Shown in pieces: positions 19,387 to 29,026 of a stretch of 64,000 nt of DNA (position 1 is its first letter; each line of letters opens with the position of its first letter). Made by a program: the position numbers and the translations under genes. The notes beneath the pieces were generated by a model. That model saw nothing but the letters and a program-made list of their open reading frames with translations, had not been told where the DNA came from and ran no database searches. The stretch is from a virus, in the IMG/VR virus record IMGVR_UViG_3300023184_000036; one strand, 5' to 3'.

Positions 19387-20776
19387 GATTATTAAGCATT
19401 TGTCGTAGCGCACTGCTGTTTACATCAGCCTGTATTTTACCAGGTTGATCTTCTACCACTGCTTCTGTTGATGGCTTAACATTGCTACCACCTTTAATGC
19501 TTGCAAAGATACTACTGCTTTGTTTCTTAAATTGTTGATAATCTGGATCTTCTGCAAGGTCACGAATACGCAAACTATCAATATCAAATTCTAATTCAAT
19601 CTTTTGCCCAACACCACTACTACTACGTGTTTTCATAAGTTGTAGTTGATACTTGCCATGTTCACGCATACTACGACTTGTAAAGATACCAAATAGATTA
19701 TCTGCGGTATTGATCTTACTGATACCACCACTGATATGACTATGGTCAAATTCTACTTCTTCCACAGATGCACGGTTTAACTGTGATGCTGTGACTAATA
19801 GAATATCTAATTCTTTTGCAAAGTTACGAATTTCTTCACTGACATACTTGTCTTTAACAAACAGATCACTTGGGCTAACCTTTGCACTAACAGGCATAAG
19901 CAAGTCAAGATAATCAATCATAACAAAGTCAACATGACGACCAGTTCGTATTTGTAATTCTTTAATATAAGCACGAACATCGTTGATATTGCTTTGTGCT
20001 GGCATATACTTGATTTGCAAGCGACCACTTTTCTTGCCAAGCATCTTAACTTTAACTTCAATATCTTCAATGCTTTTAAAGATATCACGTGACGGTGTAT
20101 TGGTAAGCATACCATCAATACGCATGGCAGTAAGTTCTTCACTCAATTCAAGTGTAATGTATACACCATTAAGACCTGCCAATATCCAATTACAAGCAAT
20201 GTTCTGCATGAACAGTGATTTACCACTACCAGAACCGCCAGCAAAGATATTCAATTCACCACGATTAAATCCACCAAACAGCTTCTTGTCAAGTGTGGTC
20301 CATCCACTACTTGTTTGACCGTTATTATCTTTAATTTTATTCAATCGTGCAATAGGATCAAGAAAGTAGTCAGTGCCAAGGTCTTTGGTTAAACTAATCT
20401 GCACTGCATCTTTAATAATCTTTTCAACAGGATCAAAATCACCCTTTTCCAACATATCTGCGGCTTTTAGAATTGCACGTTCTAATTCTTTTTGTTTAGT
20501 AAAACCTTCAAATTCTTCCAAGAACCAACCAGTATGGTCATCAGTCATACCAGGTATGGGTTGGAAAGTATTACTGGTGGCAGCATTAATCTGTTCTACC
20601 AATGGCATAATAGTATGCTTGTCACAATGTTCTTTGATAAACTTTGCCGCACTCTGCAAACTACGGTCAAAGTTGTTTGGATTGAAAATGTTTTGGACAC
20701 GCACATAACTTTGTGGGTCACTTAACATCATTTCAATGAATAGTTTTTGAACTTGTGAGTCGTAGTTTTTAGACAT
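19373..20776 (-). CDS. Replicative DnaB-family helicase (T4 gp41-like)
   Basis: GGSGSGKS Walker A, TLELSE, IDYLDL, TASQLNR, KTR. Confidence 0.93.
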   Translation of the reverse strand: MSKNYDSQVQKLFIEMMLSDPQSYVRVQNIFNPNNFDRSLQSAAKFIKEHCDKHTIMPLVEQINAATSNTFQPIPGMTDDHTGWFLEEFEGFTKQKELERAILKAADMLEKGDFDPVEKIIKDAVQISLTKDLGTDYFLDPIARLNKIKDNNGQTSSGWTTLDKKLFGGFNRGELNIFAGGSGSGKSLFMQNIACNWILAGLNGVYITLELSEELTAMRIDGMLTNTPSRDIFKSIEDIEVKVKMLGKKSGRLQIKYMPAQSNINDVRAYIKELQIRTGRHVDFVMIDYLDLLMPVSAKVSPSDLFVKDKYVSEEIRNFAKELDILLVTASQLNRASVEEVEFDHSHISGGISKINTADNLFGIFTSRSMREHGKYQLQLMKTRSSSGVGQKIELEFDIDSLRIRDLAEDPDYQQFKKQSSSIFASIKGGSNVKPSTEAVVEDQPGKIQADVNSSALRQMLNNLKQK

Positions 20777-20806
20777 ATTGGGCTATTATACACTTTATAG
20801 TTTAAA

Positions 20807-21361
20807 TTACAAATTAAAAAATTTACGATTTTTTCCCCACCATTTGTTATATTCTTCTTCTATACTGTCATCAGCAATTAAAGAAAAATAAATTTTTATA
20901 GTATTTTTAAAACTATTATAAGAAAAAAATATATCTTGATTGATTGGTATAATATCATTTAGTTGAAAAACATTATTCCATCGTTTAACATCAATTAAAT
21001 TACGTTTTGTAAAGGGAATATTATGAATTGTTTGCAATCTATAAAGTAATTCTTTTTCATACCCTACTGAATTAATATAAAACATTTTACTGTTTTCAAA
21101 AATATTTTTAAGTTTAGGATGAAAATAATGTGCTGACATACAGTAAGTAACTTTATCATTATAAATTAAATTTTCATCATTTAACAAACTTTGACAATAA
21201 TCCTTAAATGCAAAAAATTTACCATCTACTTGTATTTTATTGTCAAAATAGTTTATTTTTGTTAACTCATTATAATACAGTTTATTAATACATAAAGTTA
21301 AAAAATCTCCACCTCCACCCCCAGAATGAAATAAGATAAATTTATTTTTATTAAAGCCCAT
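20807..21361 (-). CDS. AT-rich hypothetical, N-terminal GxxGxFL loop (sulfotransferase-like P-loop family)
   Basis: FHSGGGGGDFL; similar N-terminus in 21375..22133 and 29790..30440. Confidence 0.55.
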   Translation of the reverse strand: MGFNKNKFILFHSGGGGGDFLTLCINKLYYNELTKINYFDNKIQVDGKFFAFKDYCQSLLNDENLIYNDKVTYCMSAHYFHPKLKNIFENSKMFYINSVGYEKELLYRLQTIHNIPFTKRNLIDVKRWNNVFQLNDIIPINQDIFFSYNSFKNTIKIYFSLIADDSIEEEYNKWWGKNRKFFNL

Positions 21362-21374
21362 TACAATCTCTATT

Positions 21375-22133
21375 TTAAATACTTTGATTATAAGTAAAAT
21401 ATTTTACATTGATATCATAAAAACGTTTATATAAAATTTCTACTTTATTCTTATCTACTTGAATATCAAATTTTTCTAATATTTCTTGCAAATTTTTTAA
21501 AAATTTATCATAAGAAAAAAAATTTTCAAAGTAAAAAACTATATCAGTATCTTCAATATTAACACTTTCAGAAAGATTATAATAATACTCTGTTATTTTT
21601 TTACTATTTTTTTCTAAAATTAAATGTTTTCTTTTTTTATTTTTTTCTAGGTCACTAATTTTTTTGTAGCTATATATTGCATTTTCATTGACTGATTCTT
21701 TAATTTTATCTCCCATTATTTTACTAACAATATCTAATGACTCTTTTTTAAAAAGAATAAAAATTTTATTTGTATGGGGGAAAACTTCTCTTATTTCATT
21801 TATACCTACAAAAGTGGCAATTCTTTGAGGGGGTTGAAATATTTTTTCATTTTTAACTTTGACATCAATGTTTTTATTTAAAAAGCTATCTTTGTCTTCA
21901 CGGGTTTTTATTTCTATCCATGCATTAATATCATCGTCACCATGAAAATTATTCAAGACAAAAATTATATTTTTATGGGCAGCATTGTTTTGATCAAAAA
22001 TATCGAAAGAATCCTCAAAATATTTTGTAAATTTATCTGATAAAATTAATATATGATATAAAAAACTACCAAATGTTCCTGGTGTATAAAATATAAAAAA
22101 CATTTGTTTTTTTAATTCTTCTAAATCAATCAA
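21375..22133 (-). CDS. AT-rich hypothetical, N-terminal GxxGxFL loop
   Basis: YTPGTFGSFL; FYFENF C-terminal motif. Confidence 0.55.
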   Translation of the reverse strand: MIDLEELKKQMFFIFYTPGTFGSFLYHILILSDKFTKYFEDSFDIFDQNNAAHKNIIFVLNNFHGDDDINAWIEIKTREDKDSFLNKNIDVKVKNEKIFQPPQRIATFVGINEIREVFPHTNKIFILFKKESLDIVSKIMGDKIKESVNENAIYSYKKISDLEKNKKRKHLILEKNSKKITEYYYNLSESVNIEDTDIVFYFENFFSYDKFLKNLQEILEKFDIQVDKNKVEILYKRFYDINVKYFTYNQSI

Positions 22134-23131
22134 TCAAACCACCGTTTTGTTTGTAATTTAATTTTTAAACTACTATTTTCTACACTTTGTAAAATACTTT
22201 TCATAGTGAAGGTATGACCATACTTAGCAACACTGTCTGCAACATCTTTAATACCATCACCCCAATCTGGAAATGCTACTCCCCAACCATACTTTAGCGC
22301 AGCATTAACCATTGCGTGGCCAGCTTTGTCACGATCAGGAACAACAATGATATCACGATCAAGTGTTTCAATAACATCGGCTTGCGTGTCATTGATTTCA
22401 TTACTACAAATTGCAAGTGCACCAATAGCAACTGCATCAAGCAATCCTTCAACAACAATACAAAACTTTGCGTTTTTAAGTTGTTTATCATATCCCCATA
22501 TCATATTACTTGGATAGTTGGAAAAATATTTTATCTTCTTCTTACCATCTTCAAATAATCTACCACTGAAACCCATGGGTTTATTGTTCCAAGTAAATGG
22601 AACTAACACACGGTTGCGCAATGACGCATCATCTGTCCAATGAAACTCATGCAACTTATCACCAAAACCACGAGCATCAAGATAACGAATAGCGGTTTCC
22701 AAACTGTTATAATCTTCTTCATTGATATATCCATCATTTAACCAACTTGTAATAGGACGACCAGGACAAGGATCACGTGGTTCATAGGTAGGTAACTCAC
22801 GTGTTTCAACTACAACTGGTTCTGCGGTCTCTTGGCTGATAGCAAATAGCGCAAGACGACCTACAAGGTCTTCACCCATACCAAGCCAGTTCATCCAACG
22901 CCGCATTTTATAACTTAAACGACGACCTGGCTGCCAACTACAAGTATAGTGACAATTGAAACAATGATAATTGATACCGCCTTCTAGTGTTTGGTGAACA
23001 CCACCACGACCACGAGTATCGGACTCGTGTCCCAAATGCTGACAGCATGGCGCATTAAAGCTAATCCACCCACTTGGGGTAGATTTCTTCTTCCATGGCA
23101 AATGGTTCAGTATTTGGTTGGTAATTTCCAT
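22130..23131 (-). CDS. DNA primase (T4 gp61-like)
   Basis: N-terminal Zn ribbon (CC..CFNC), TOPRIM VEGLLDA and DRDKAG, KD. Confidence 0.9.
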   Translation of the reverse strand: MEITNQILNHLPWKKKSTPSGWISFNAPCCQHLGHESDTRGRGGVHQTLEGGINYHCFNCHYTCSWQPGRRLSYKMRRWMNWLGMGEDLVGRLALFAISQETAEPVVVETRELPTYEPRDPCPGRPITSWLNDGYINEEDYNSLETAIRYLDARGFGDKLHEFHWTDDASLRNRVLVPFTWNNKPMGFSGRLFEDGKKKIKYFSNYPSNMIWGYDKQLKNAKFCIVVEGLLDAVAIGALAICSNEINDTQADVIETLDRDIIVVPDRDKAGHAMVNAALKYGWGVAFPDWGDGIKDVADSVAKYGHTFTMKSILQSVENSSLKIKLQTKRWFD

Positions 23132-23137
23132 TTAAGT

Positions 23138-23166
23138 AATATAACAGATTTATGGCAATCTGTCAA
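23138..23166 (-). promoter_or_regulatory. Sigma70-type promoter for primase, probably leaderless
   Basis: TTGACA-N17-TATATT with TGn extension; -10 ends 6 nt before ATG. Confidence 0.7.
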
Positions 23167-23951
23167 GGACGATAATAAATGTAATTCATCTGACCGCTAA
23201 TTTGACTTACTTTAAATCTTACAGCACGATATTTGCCTTGGAAATTAAAATAATTACTACCACTGACATTTGCACAATTAGCATAACTTATAGTTGTAAA
23301 ACTGTTAGAATCAACCACACTCTTTGCATCCATACTTGCTTGTAACTGAATATTGCCAGTAAAAGCATTAGAATTATATTGCACAGTCTGATATACGGCA
23401 CTACCACGAACATAATTTGCGGTCAGGAAGCTACTACTGTATGCAACATTTACATAATTTGTATCACTGTTATTGCTGTATGTAAAGTTGTTAGCACTAT
23501 AGCTTGGTGTAAACTGTGGATATACTGAATCTTGTATTCTTGCTTGACCTTGTGCCTGATAGTTGTCATCGCTATAAACAATTTCTTGTTCACCTTCACC
23601 ATTTGTGGCAACAATACTATAATTATATAATCCTGCATTTATATTGTCAAGCAAACTGCCTTCAATAAGACAAGTTGCTACACCATCACGTGTATAAACA
23701 AGGTCAAGATTACGTGAAAACACTAATTCTTTTGTAGTGCTATCAATTAAATTAAATAAAACTGTGCTTTGTAAAAGGCTCACAGGTTTTTGATCATTAT
23801 TTTTAATAACGAACTTAAATCTATTATCTACACCTTTATAGATTTGTAATGGCTTGGCGTAAAACAACTGATTCTCCCTGTGTAATGCAAGGTCGCTGTT
23901 CTTTACAACAGTTATAATTTGTTGATATAAATAACCTGAAATTTGCTGCAA
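23163..23951 (-). CDS. Beta-rich probable virion structural protein
   Basis: Ig/jelly-roll-like pattern (IYKGVDN, GLYNYSI, FQGKYRAVRF); TAAATA upstream; TTG start. Confidence 0.6.
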   Translation of the reverse strand: MQQISGYLYQQIITVVKNSDLALHRENQLFYAKPLQIYKGVDNRFKFVIKNNDQKPVSLLQSTVLFNLIDSTTKELVFSRNLDLVYTRDGVATCLIEGSLLDNINAGLYNYSIVATNGEGEQEIVYSDDNYQAQGQARIQDSVYPQFTPSYSANNFTYSNNSDTNYVNVAYSSSFLTANYVRGSAVYQTVQYNSNAFTGNIQLQASMDAKSVVDSNSFTTISYANCANVSGSNYFNFQGKYRAVRFKVSQISGQMNYIYYRP

Positions 23952-23977
23952 CTAATGGACCCTTTTTAATATTTATT

Positions 23978-24352
23978 ATGAGTTTTTCACTGGAACAAAT
24001 GCTTGAACAATATCCGTTCTTAAGTTATATAAAATACCCCACTGCGGATTTTATTGGAATTATTCAAAATTTTGATGGAGATATTGTTTCAATGTATGCC
24101 TTTAACAAATTAAAAACCGAAGATGATAAACGTGGATTTCTTGAAGCAGCAGAAATATGGTGGTGGGAAAGTAATCGGTTAATACCGATCAATATATTCT
24201 TAAAACATGGTTGGGACAAATATCGTTACAGCACAGTAACACTAACTACAAAAGATATAAGAGAACAATGTGGACATATTGTAAGCATTGCTAAACTTGC
24301 AGAACGCAGAACAAAACGTAGAGTTGTACAGTTAGTTAAACGACTAGGTTAA
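23978..24352 (+). CDS. Hypothetical protein
   Basis: 124-aa ORF on the opposite strand filling the gap; WWWESNRLIPINIFL. Confidence 0.7.
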   Translation: MSFSLEQMLEQYPFLSYIKYPTADFIGIIQNFDGDIVSMYAFNKLKTEDDKRGFLEAAEIWWWESNRLIPINIFLKHGWDKYRYSTVTLTTKDIREQCGHIVSIAKLAERRTKRRVVQLVKRLG

Positions 24353-24892
24353 TAAGTTCATATGAACCATTACTAATTGTGCATAGCCATAGGCATGTGC
24401 TTTCTTAAAATAATAGCCTTCATTTGGTTTTACCCAAATCTCATCAGCTATTTCTCGCCATCGTTTTCCGATAAGATATCGTTTTGATGGACGAATGATT
24501 GCCAATACCATAGCCAACTGATCCATTGTAGTAGGAAGATGTTGTTGTAAGACATCAAAATGATTTGATAGATGAATAAGTTTGGCAACGAAATCTTTCT
24601 CCTTTAATAATTCCCACTGTGGTTCACGCTTACAGAGTTCGTCAAGATGCTCGTTACTGCGAACTGAATTATAAACGTGAACATTCAGTAGGTCAAGTTT
24701 CATATAACCTAATTCTTCTGCCGTATCATAATCAACGTTACTTAATCCTGTAACAGGATTGAACGGAATAGGATTGACATAGACTCCAGTGTTGTGCTTG
24801 ACAACAGCACCGTCACGGCGTATAGACGCAGGAACATGCTTGATAAGTTTCAAGATATCCTCACGGTTTCCAAAGTCTATATCAATATCCAC
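24344..24892 (-). CDS. Miniature/split DnaE (family C polymerase) palm-fingers fragment
   Basis: MDIDIDF, HNTGVY, GYMKLDLL, LAIIRP, FKKAHAYGY match DnaE motifs in order within 182 aa. Confidence 0.8.
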   Translation of the reverse strand: MDIDIDFGNREDILKLIKHVPASIRRDGAVVKHNTGVYVNPIPFNPVTGLSNVDYDTAEELGYMKLDLLNVHVYNSVRSNEHLDELCKREPQWELLKEKDFVAKLIHLSNHFDVLQQHLPTTMDQLAMVLAIIRPSKRYLIGKRWREIADEIWVKPNEGYYFKKAHAYGYAQLVMVHMNLLT

Positions 24893-25627
24893 TTAACAAC
24901 CAGCCTTTTCTAATATCTGCCTTGCAAGTTCTGCTTCTGCGGCATGTATTTTTAACTTGCGTTCCCAAAATGGTGGATCAATCCAAGGTAGTGCAAGTGT
25001 AACTTGTTCTTCATTTAATTGTCCAAGTTTTTCTATACCATTGTCACAGCAATAAATTACCCAAGGACTAATCCGACCATGAACAATGTGATTTAAGAAA
25101 CGACTTGTGCTTATCTTTTTAAAGTAATCATTAAACGCTATAATGTCATCTTTAGTTTCTTCTGCCCAACGTTGCATAGTTTCAACACTACGCTCTAATG
25201 CTTCATCATATTTTTCAGTTCTAACATATTCCCACAGATATGATTCATAAATTTTATCACGTGTCCAACTATCAAGTTTGTATTTGCTTGTTAGCACATA
25301 ATCTATAAATTTATTAACATTAATTGCATCAATCGCATTACAGTGACGACCAAATTTTACAAATCCTTGATATAGTGAACTACTGCAAAAGTCTTCATAT
25401 GTTTTAAGTTTAGCACTGCCTTGGGTTAATTCATAAAACCTTATCCAAGCAATATAACCAATACGCACACCTTTTTCATTCTTTTGATTTTCACGGCGTT
25501 TTGGTTCGCATTGATGAACTACAAGACTGTTTTCACGAGTGAAAGCAAGTCCGCAGTATTTGCAAACAAATTCTCCAGACTTAACATCTTTAGCCGCTTC
25601 AATTGCAATTTTATGTAGTTCTTTCAT
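24893..25627 (-). CDS. Hypothetical protein with N-terminal zinc finger
   Basis: CKYC..F......HQC; GRISPW motif. Confidence 0.75.
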   Translation of the reverse strand: MKELHKIAIEAAKDVKSGEFVCKYCGLAFTRENSLVVHQCEPKRRENQKNEKGVRIGYIAWIRFYELTQGSAKLKTYEDFCSSSLYQGFVKFGRHCNAIDAINVNKFIDYVLTSKYKLDSWTRDKIYESYLWEYVRTEKYDEALERSVETMQRWAEETKDDIIAFNDYFKKISTSRFLNHIVHGRISPWVIYCCDNGIEKLGQLNEEQVTLALPWIDPPFWERKLKIHAAEAELARQILEKAGC

Positions 25628-26150
25628 TTAATAATTCTTTTGCTTCATTTGTAATATAATACTTAAATGTGCTATTGTCAAATCCTAATAACACATCTTT
25701 ATGTAGCGGTAATTCATAAGCATTGTATGGTTCGATATGAATAATTTCATTATAATACTGTGGAAAATTACCAAAATAAACTTTTGGTTTGACAATATCA
25801 GTAACAGATTCATTAATAAATCTATGGTGTAAATGTCCATATTCACCAAGGTGATTGTGTGTTAATATAAGATCATGTTGACTGCAATGATAATGCAAAA
25901 ATTTTTCAGCATCTTTACCATCAAAACCTAATTCATTATTCTTTACCAACTCCCAGTTATCAGTAAATCCACCAAATTGTGTTTCAACTCCATATTTGTC
26001 CCAGAAATTTTTCATTTCATTAGCACGTTCATCAAAGAAATTGTATGTAAGATAAACAATTTTCCAATCATAATGTTGATATTTTCTTATAAAACCCCAA
26101 CCAAAAATTACACAATCATCAGGATGAGCAACTATACATATGGCTTTCAT
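25611..26150 (-). CDS. PIG-L/LmbE-family deacetylase
   Basis: VAHPDD and THN..GEYGHLHH metal-binding motifs. Confidence 0.8.
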   Translation of the reverse strand: MKAICIVAHPDDCVIFGWGFIRKYQHYDWKIVYLTYNFFDERANEMKNFWDKYGVETQFGGFTDNWELVKNNELGFDGKDAEKFLHYHCSQHDLILTHNHLGEYGHLHHRFINESVTDIVKPKVYFGNFPQYYNEIIHIEPYNAYELPLHKDVLLGFDNSTFKYYITNEAKELLNERTT

Positions 26151-26986
26151 ATGCGGTCCTTTACAAATTCATCCCATGCAAAGCGTTGGTCAGCATCAAG
26201 TAGTTTATATGCACGTGGATGTATGCTTGCAGTGAGTGCCTTATCGTCTCCTTGTAATTTAACAAACCAATTATAAAAATTATCTACTTCCCAATCTGCA
26301 AGATTATAAACACTAAATTGCTGCTTGCCACTATATAAATCATCAAATAAGTTATTTTTGCTTATCCATGCACTATAACATAAAAACTCTGTGATACCGT
26401 AAGTATCAGGATTTACTTTACTTGGAAATTGGCAATTGCTTTCAAACCATTCTACAAAGTTTGGTTCATTCATGACCATATCACGCATGGCATGAGTATA
26501 AGCAAGAAAAGGAACACCAGCAGGACTGATCCAGTTAAAATTTGTAATATTATATTTTTGCTTTAGAAATTGTAAACCAGACTGCCAATGTGGACTGTTG
26601 CATGTCCAACTTTCACAATGTGCACGATTGTATTGGTCAAATATTTCTTCAATATCAAATGGACGAATAAACCATGTCTTGGCATCAAGTATCATGCACC
26701 AGTTACTTTCAGCATGTGCTGTACCAAGTATCTTGCATATTTGCTGTGTATACCAACCTGACAGATGTGATGATGGATAATAACCAAACTCATTGCGGTG
26801 AAATATGCGAACTTTATAACCAAGATCGCCATACCAACTTACGTCAATATCGCCATGAGTTAGCGTGTCATCATTTAATATAACATATATGTTTTGTATT
26901 TCATGATCAAAGTAATAAGCCATACTGTATGCTTGAAGTTCAAGCAAATGCAGTTCATTACGATAAACAACAGTTAGCAAGTCCAT
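26147..26986 (-). CDS. GT-A-like putative glycosyltransferase (DUF6492-like)
   Basis: GWYTQQICK, ILDAK, TEFLCY motifs. Confidence 0.55.
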   Translation of the reverse strand: MDLLTVVYRNELHLLELQAYSMAYYFDHEIQNIYVILNDDTLTHGDIDVSWYGDLGYKVRIFHRNEFGYYPSSHLSGWYTQQICKILGTAHAESNWCMILDAKTWFIRPFDIEEIFDQYNRAHCESWTCNSPHWQSGLQFLKQKYNITNFNWISPAGVPFLAYTHAMRDMVMNEPNFVEWFESNCQFPSKVNPDTYGITEFLCYSAWISKNNLFDDLYSGKQQFSVYNLADWEVDNFYNWFVKLQGDDKALTASIHPRAYKLLDADQRFAWDEFVKDRI

Positions 26987-26988
26987 TG

Positions 26989-27204
26989 TTACTTTGTGAT
27001 CTCATGTATAGTTCGTGCTTGCTTTAATAAATCAATAACAGTTGGGTCTTTGCTTTGAAATACTGGTCTCCATTCTTGCCACCAATTAAATAATTCAACC
27101 ATTTCAAGTGTAAAATTACAATGTAATTGCTGACCACCAAAAGTGTCACTGATTGTTAACGATGCTATTCTGTATTCATTGGTTGTAGAACTTTTAATAG
27201 TCAT
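26989..27204 (-). CDS. Hypothetical protein
   Basis: 71-aa ORF coupled to neighbours. Confidence 0.6.
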   Translation of the reverse strand: MTIKSSTTNEYRIASLTISDTFGGQQLHCNFTLEMVELFNWWQEWRPVFQSKDPTVIDLLKQARTIHEITK

Positions 27205-27662
27205 TTCAACGCCTCTTTAATTTCTTTGTCGCTATATCCACGTTCAACTAACATACCTTTATATTGCTCATCAGTAATTTTATCAGCAAGAAGTTCTGCT
27301 TCATCACTCTTGATATGCGGATATAATTCTAACATCTTTTGAGCACGTTTATTCTTGGCAGTCTTTCCGCTATATGCCATCCACTCATGACGATGCTTGC
27401 CCATGTTGGGGCTTACAGTGGTCAGCAGCAGCCATTGTAGTTTAGGATGCTTGTTGATATCAAAGAAACGTTTGTTTACACGTTCATTCATTGCTTGCAG
27501 ATAATATTGTTGTAATTCTGGAATACCGTTGACTACACTGCCCCAACGCAACATAAGATAGGTAGAGAACTTCTTGCGTTCTTCATCATTGAGTTCATCA
27601 TAAAACTCACGATTACGCAAATCAAGTTGTGCCATTTCATAACCAATGTCAAGTTTGTTCAT
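27201..27662 (-). CDS. Clamp loader small subunit (T4 gp62-like)
   Basis: KKFSTYLMLRW..N......HPKLQWLLL pattern; size; replication context. Confidence 0.65.
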   Translation of the reverse strand: MNKLDIGYEMAQLDLRNREFYDELNDEERKKFSTYLMLRWGSVVNGIPELQQYYLQAMNERVNKRFFDINKHPKLQWLLLTTVSPNMGKHRHEWMAYSGKTAKNKRAQKMLELYPHIKSDEAELLADKITDEQYKGMLVERGYSDKEIKEALK

Positions 27663-28287
27663 AGAATATTTCTTTTTCTACATCTAATGCTATTGCAGCT
27701 ATTTTTCTTATCACAATACCGTTATCTTTTGCAATTAATAAATGTGTTAAATCTTTATAAGAATTAATATCTTTATTATTAACTAATACAATGTCTATTC
27801 CTTTTTGAATAATTTTTTTATAAATTTTTTCATCATATTCTTGCGTAATTGCTTTGCCATTAGAAAGAATGCTATATTGAAGATCACAAGGTCTCATATA
27901 CATAAAAAGTTGATGCAAAGAATGATCCGTATACACAATATACCAAGTTTTAGCATTTGTATCCCACTTTGCACCTAATTTTTTTACCCTATCTTTGTGC
28001 TCAAATGGGACATCAAGAATTATTTTATAATTTTGTTTCATATAGCTGTAACTTAAAGTTAATTCATGATATACACATTCAATATAGATGTCATATTTTC
28101 TAATATAAAAATCACATATAATATTTTGATTAGGATATTTTACTTCATATTCATATGAAAGACCGCTTGGTAGCAAAAATTTATTCACAAAATCAGCTTC
28201 AAATTTACTGCGATATTTTTTACCGTCATTGGCAACAGTTGGAATACCAAAGATAGGTTTTTTTGGTTTTGTTGCAAGATTAACCAA
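27649..28287 (-). CDS. PD-(D/E)XK endonuclease with inserted DUF5710-like segment
   Basis: RSKFE..YEYE..CDF..YIE; LDVPFEHKDRVKKLGAKWD....WY. Confidence 0.65.
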   Translation of the reverse strand: MVNLATKPKKPIFGIPTVANDGKKYRSKFEADFVNKFLLPSGLSYEYEVKYPNQNIICDFYIRKYDIYIECVYHELTLSYSYMKQNYKIILDVPFEHKDRVKKLGAKWDTNAKTWYIVYTDHSLHQLFMYMRPCDLQYSILSNGKAITQEYDEKIYKKIIQKGIDIVLVNNKDINSYKDLTHLLIAKDNGIVIRKIAAIALDVEKEIFYEQT

Positions 28288-28513
28288 GGATTATTCCTCT
28301 CCATTCACCTTTTTCGGTTGGTGAAAATATGCCAGCGATGCTGCCATCATTTTTGATTTCTTTTACTTCTTCACTCGCATAATATAGTGAGCGCAACTGA
28401 TCTGCCGCATCTTTCAACGTAAGATTAGTCTCGGTGGCTTTAAGTATATCCATCCATTCAATATATTCTTCTGTATAATAACGCTTTGGTGGCGAAACTG
28501 TTCCAATGCTCAT
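28280..28513 (-). CDS. Hypothetical protein
   Basis: 77-aa ORF in operon. Confidence 0.6.
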   Translation of the reverse strand: MSIGTVSPPKRYYTEEYIEWMDILKATETNLTLKDAADQLRSLYYASEEVKEIKNDGSIAGIFSPTEKGEWRGIILG

Positions 28514-28525
28514 AATAATATTATA

Positions 28526-29026
28526 CTACACTATATTTTGGATGTCAATGGTTTCACTTGCACGACTAATTTCTTTAACAAAGTATGCACATATTGGCTT
28601 TGGTCCGTCAGTTATTGGAATACAAAGTAGCTGACCGTTCTTTAGTTTAGGAAAATACCAGCGCACATCCTGATACACATCTTCAATTTCTATGTTCATA
28701 AATGCCGCACGGAATGAACTTAGCGGATTAAATGTAAATGCTTGGAATCCACGGTCATTGAGTTTTGTAAGTGGCAGTGCTTCTAAGTCACCAATTTCTG
28801 CTTCGCCAATAAGAATACGCCAATTATATGGCATCATAATTCTGTGTTCACCAATTTTTAAAACCAATGCTGGATCATTAAAACTTTCTAAAAATACCAA
28901 TGGCAAGAAATAATAATCTGCTTCTGGTGGGTTACTGTTATCTAAAACGCAAAATCGTAAATCATCAACTTGGTCTGGTAAATTATTCATTTCAAATACG
29001 GTATTATCAACTGTTAGTATTCTCAC
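28526..29026 (-). CDS. Hypothetical protein in replication cluster
   Basis: 166-aa ORF, AAGGA RBS, GTGA overlap, core-like codon usage. Confidence 0.75.
   Translation of the reverse strand: MRILTVDNTVFEMNNLPDQVDDLRFCVLDNSNPPEADYYFLPLVFLESFNDPALVLKIGEHRIMMPYNWRILIGEAEIGDLEALPLTKLNDRGFQAFTFNPLSSFRAAFMNIEIEDVYQDVRWYFPKLKNGQLLCIPITDGPKPICAYFVKEISRASETIDIQNIV

Noticed and set aside
24344-25627. Stop-codon readthrough fusing the zinc-finger protein to mini-DnaE
   Set aside because: Same frame, but TAA is a strong stop and TAA-GTG adjacency is adequately explained by translational coupling; no recoding signal seen
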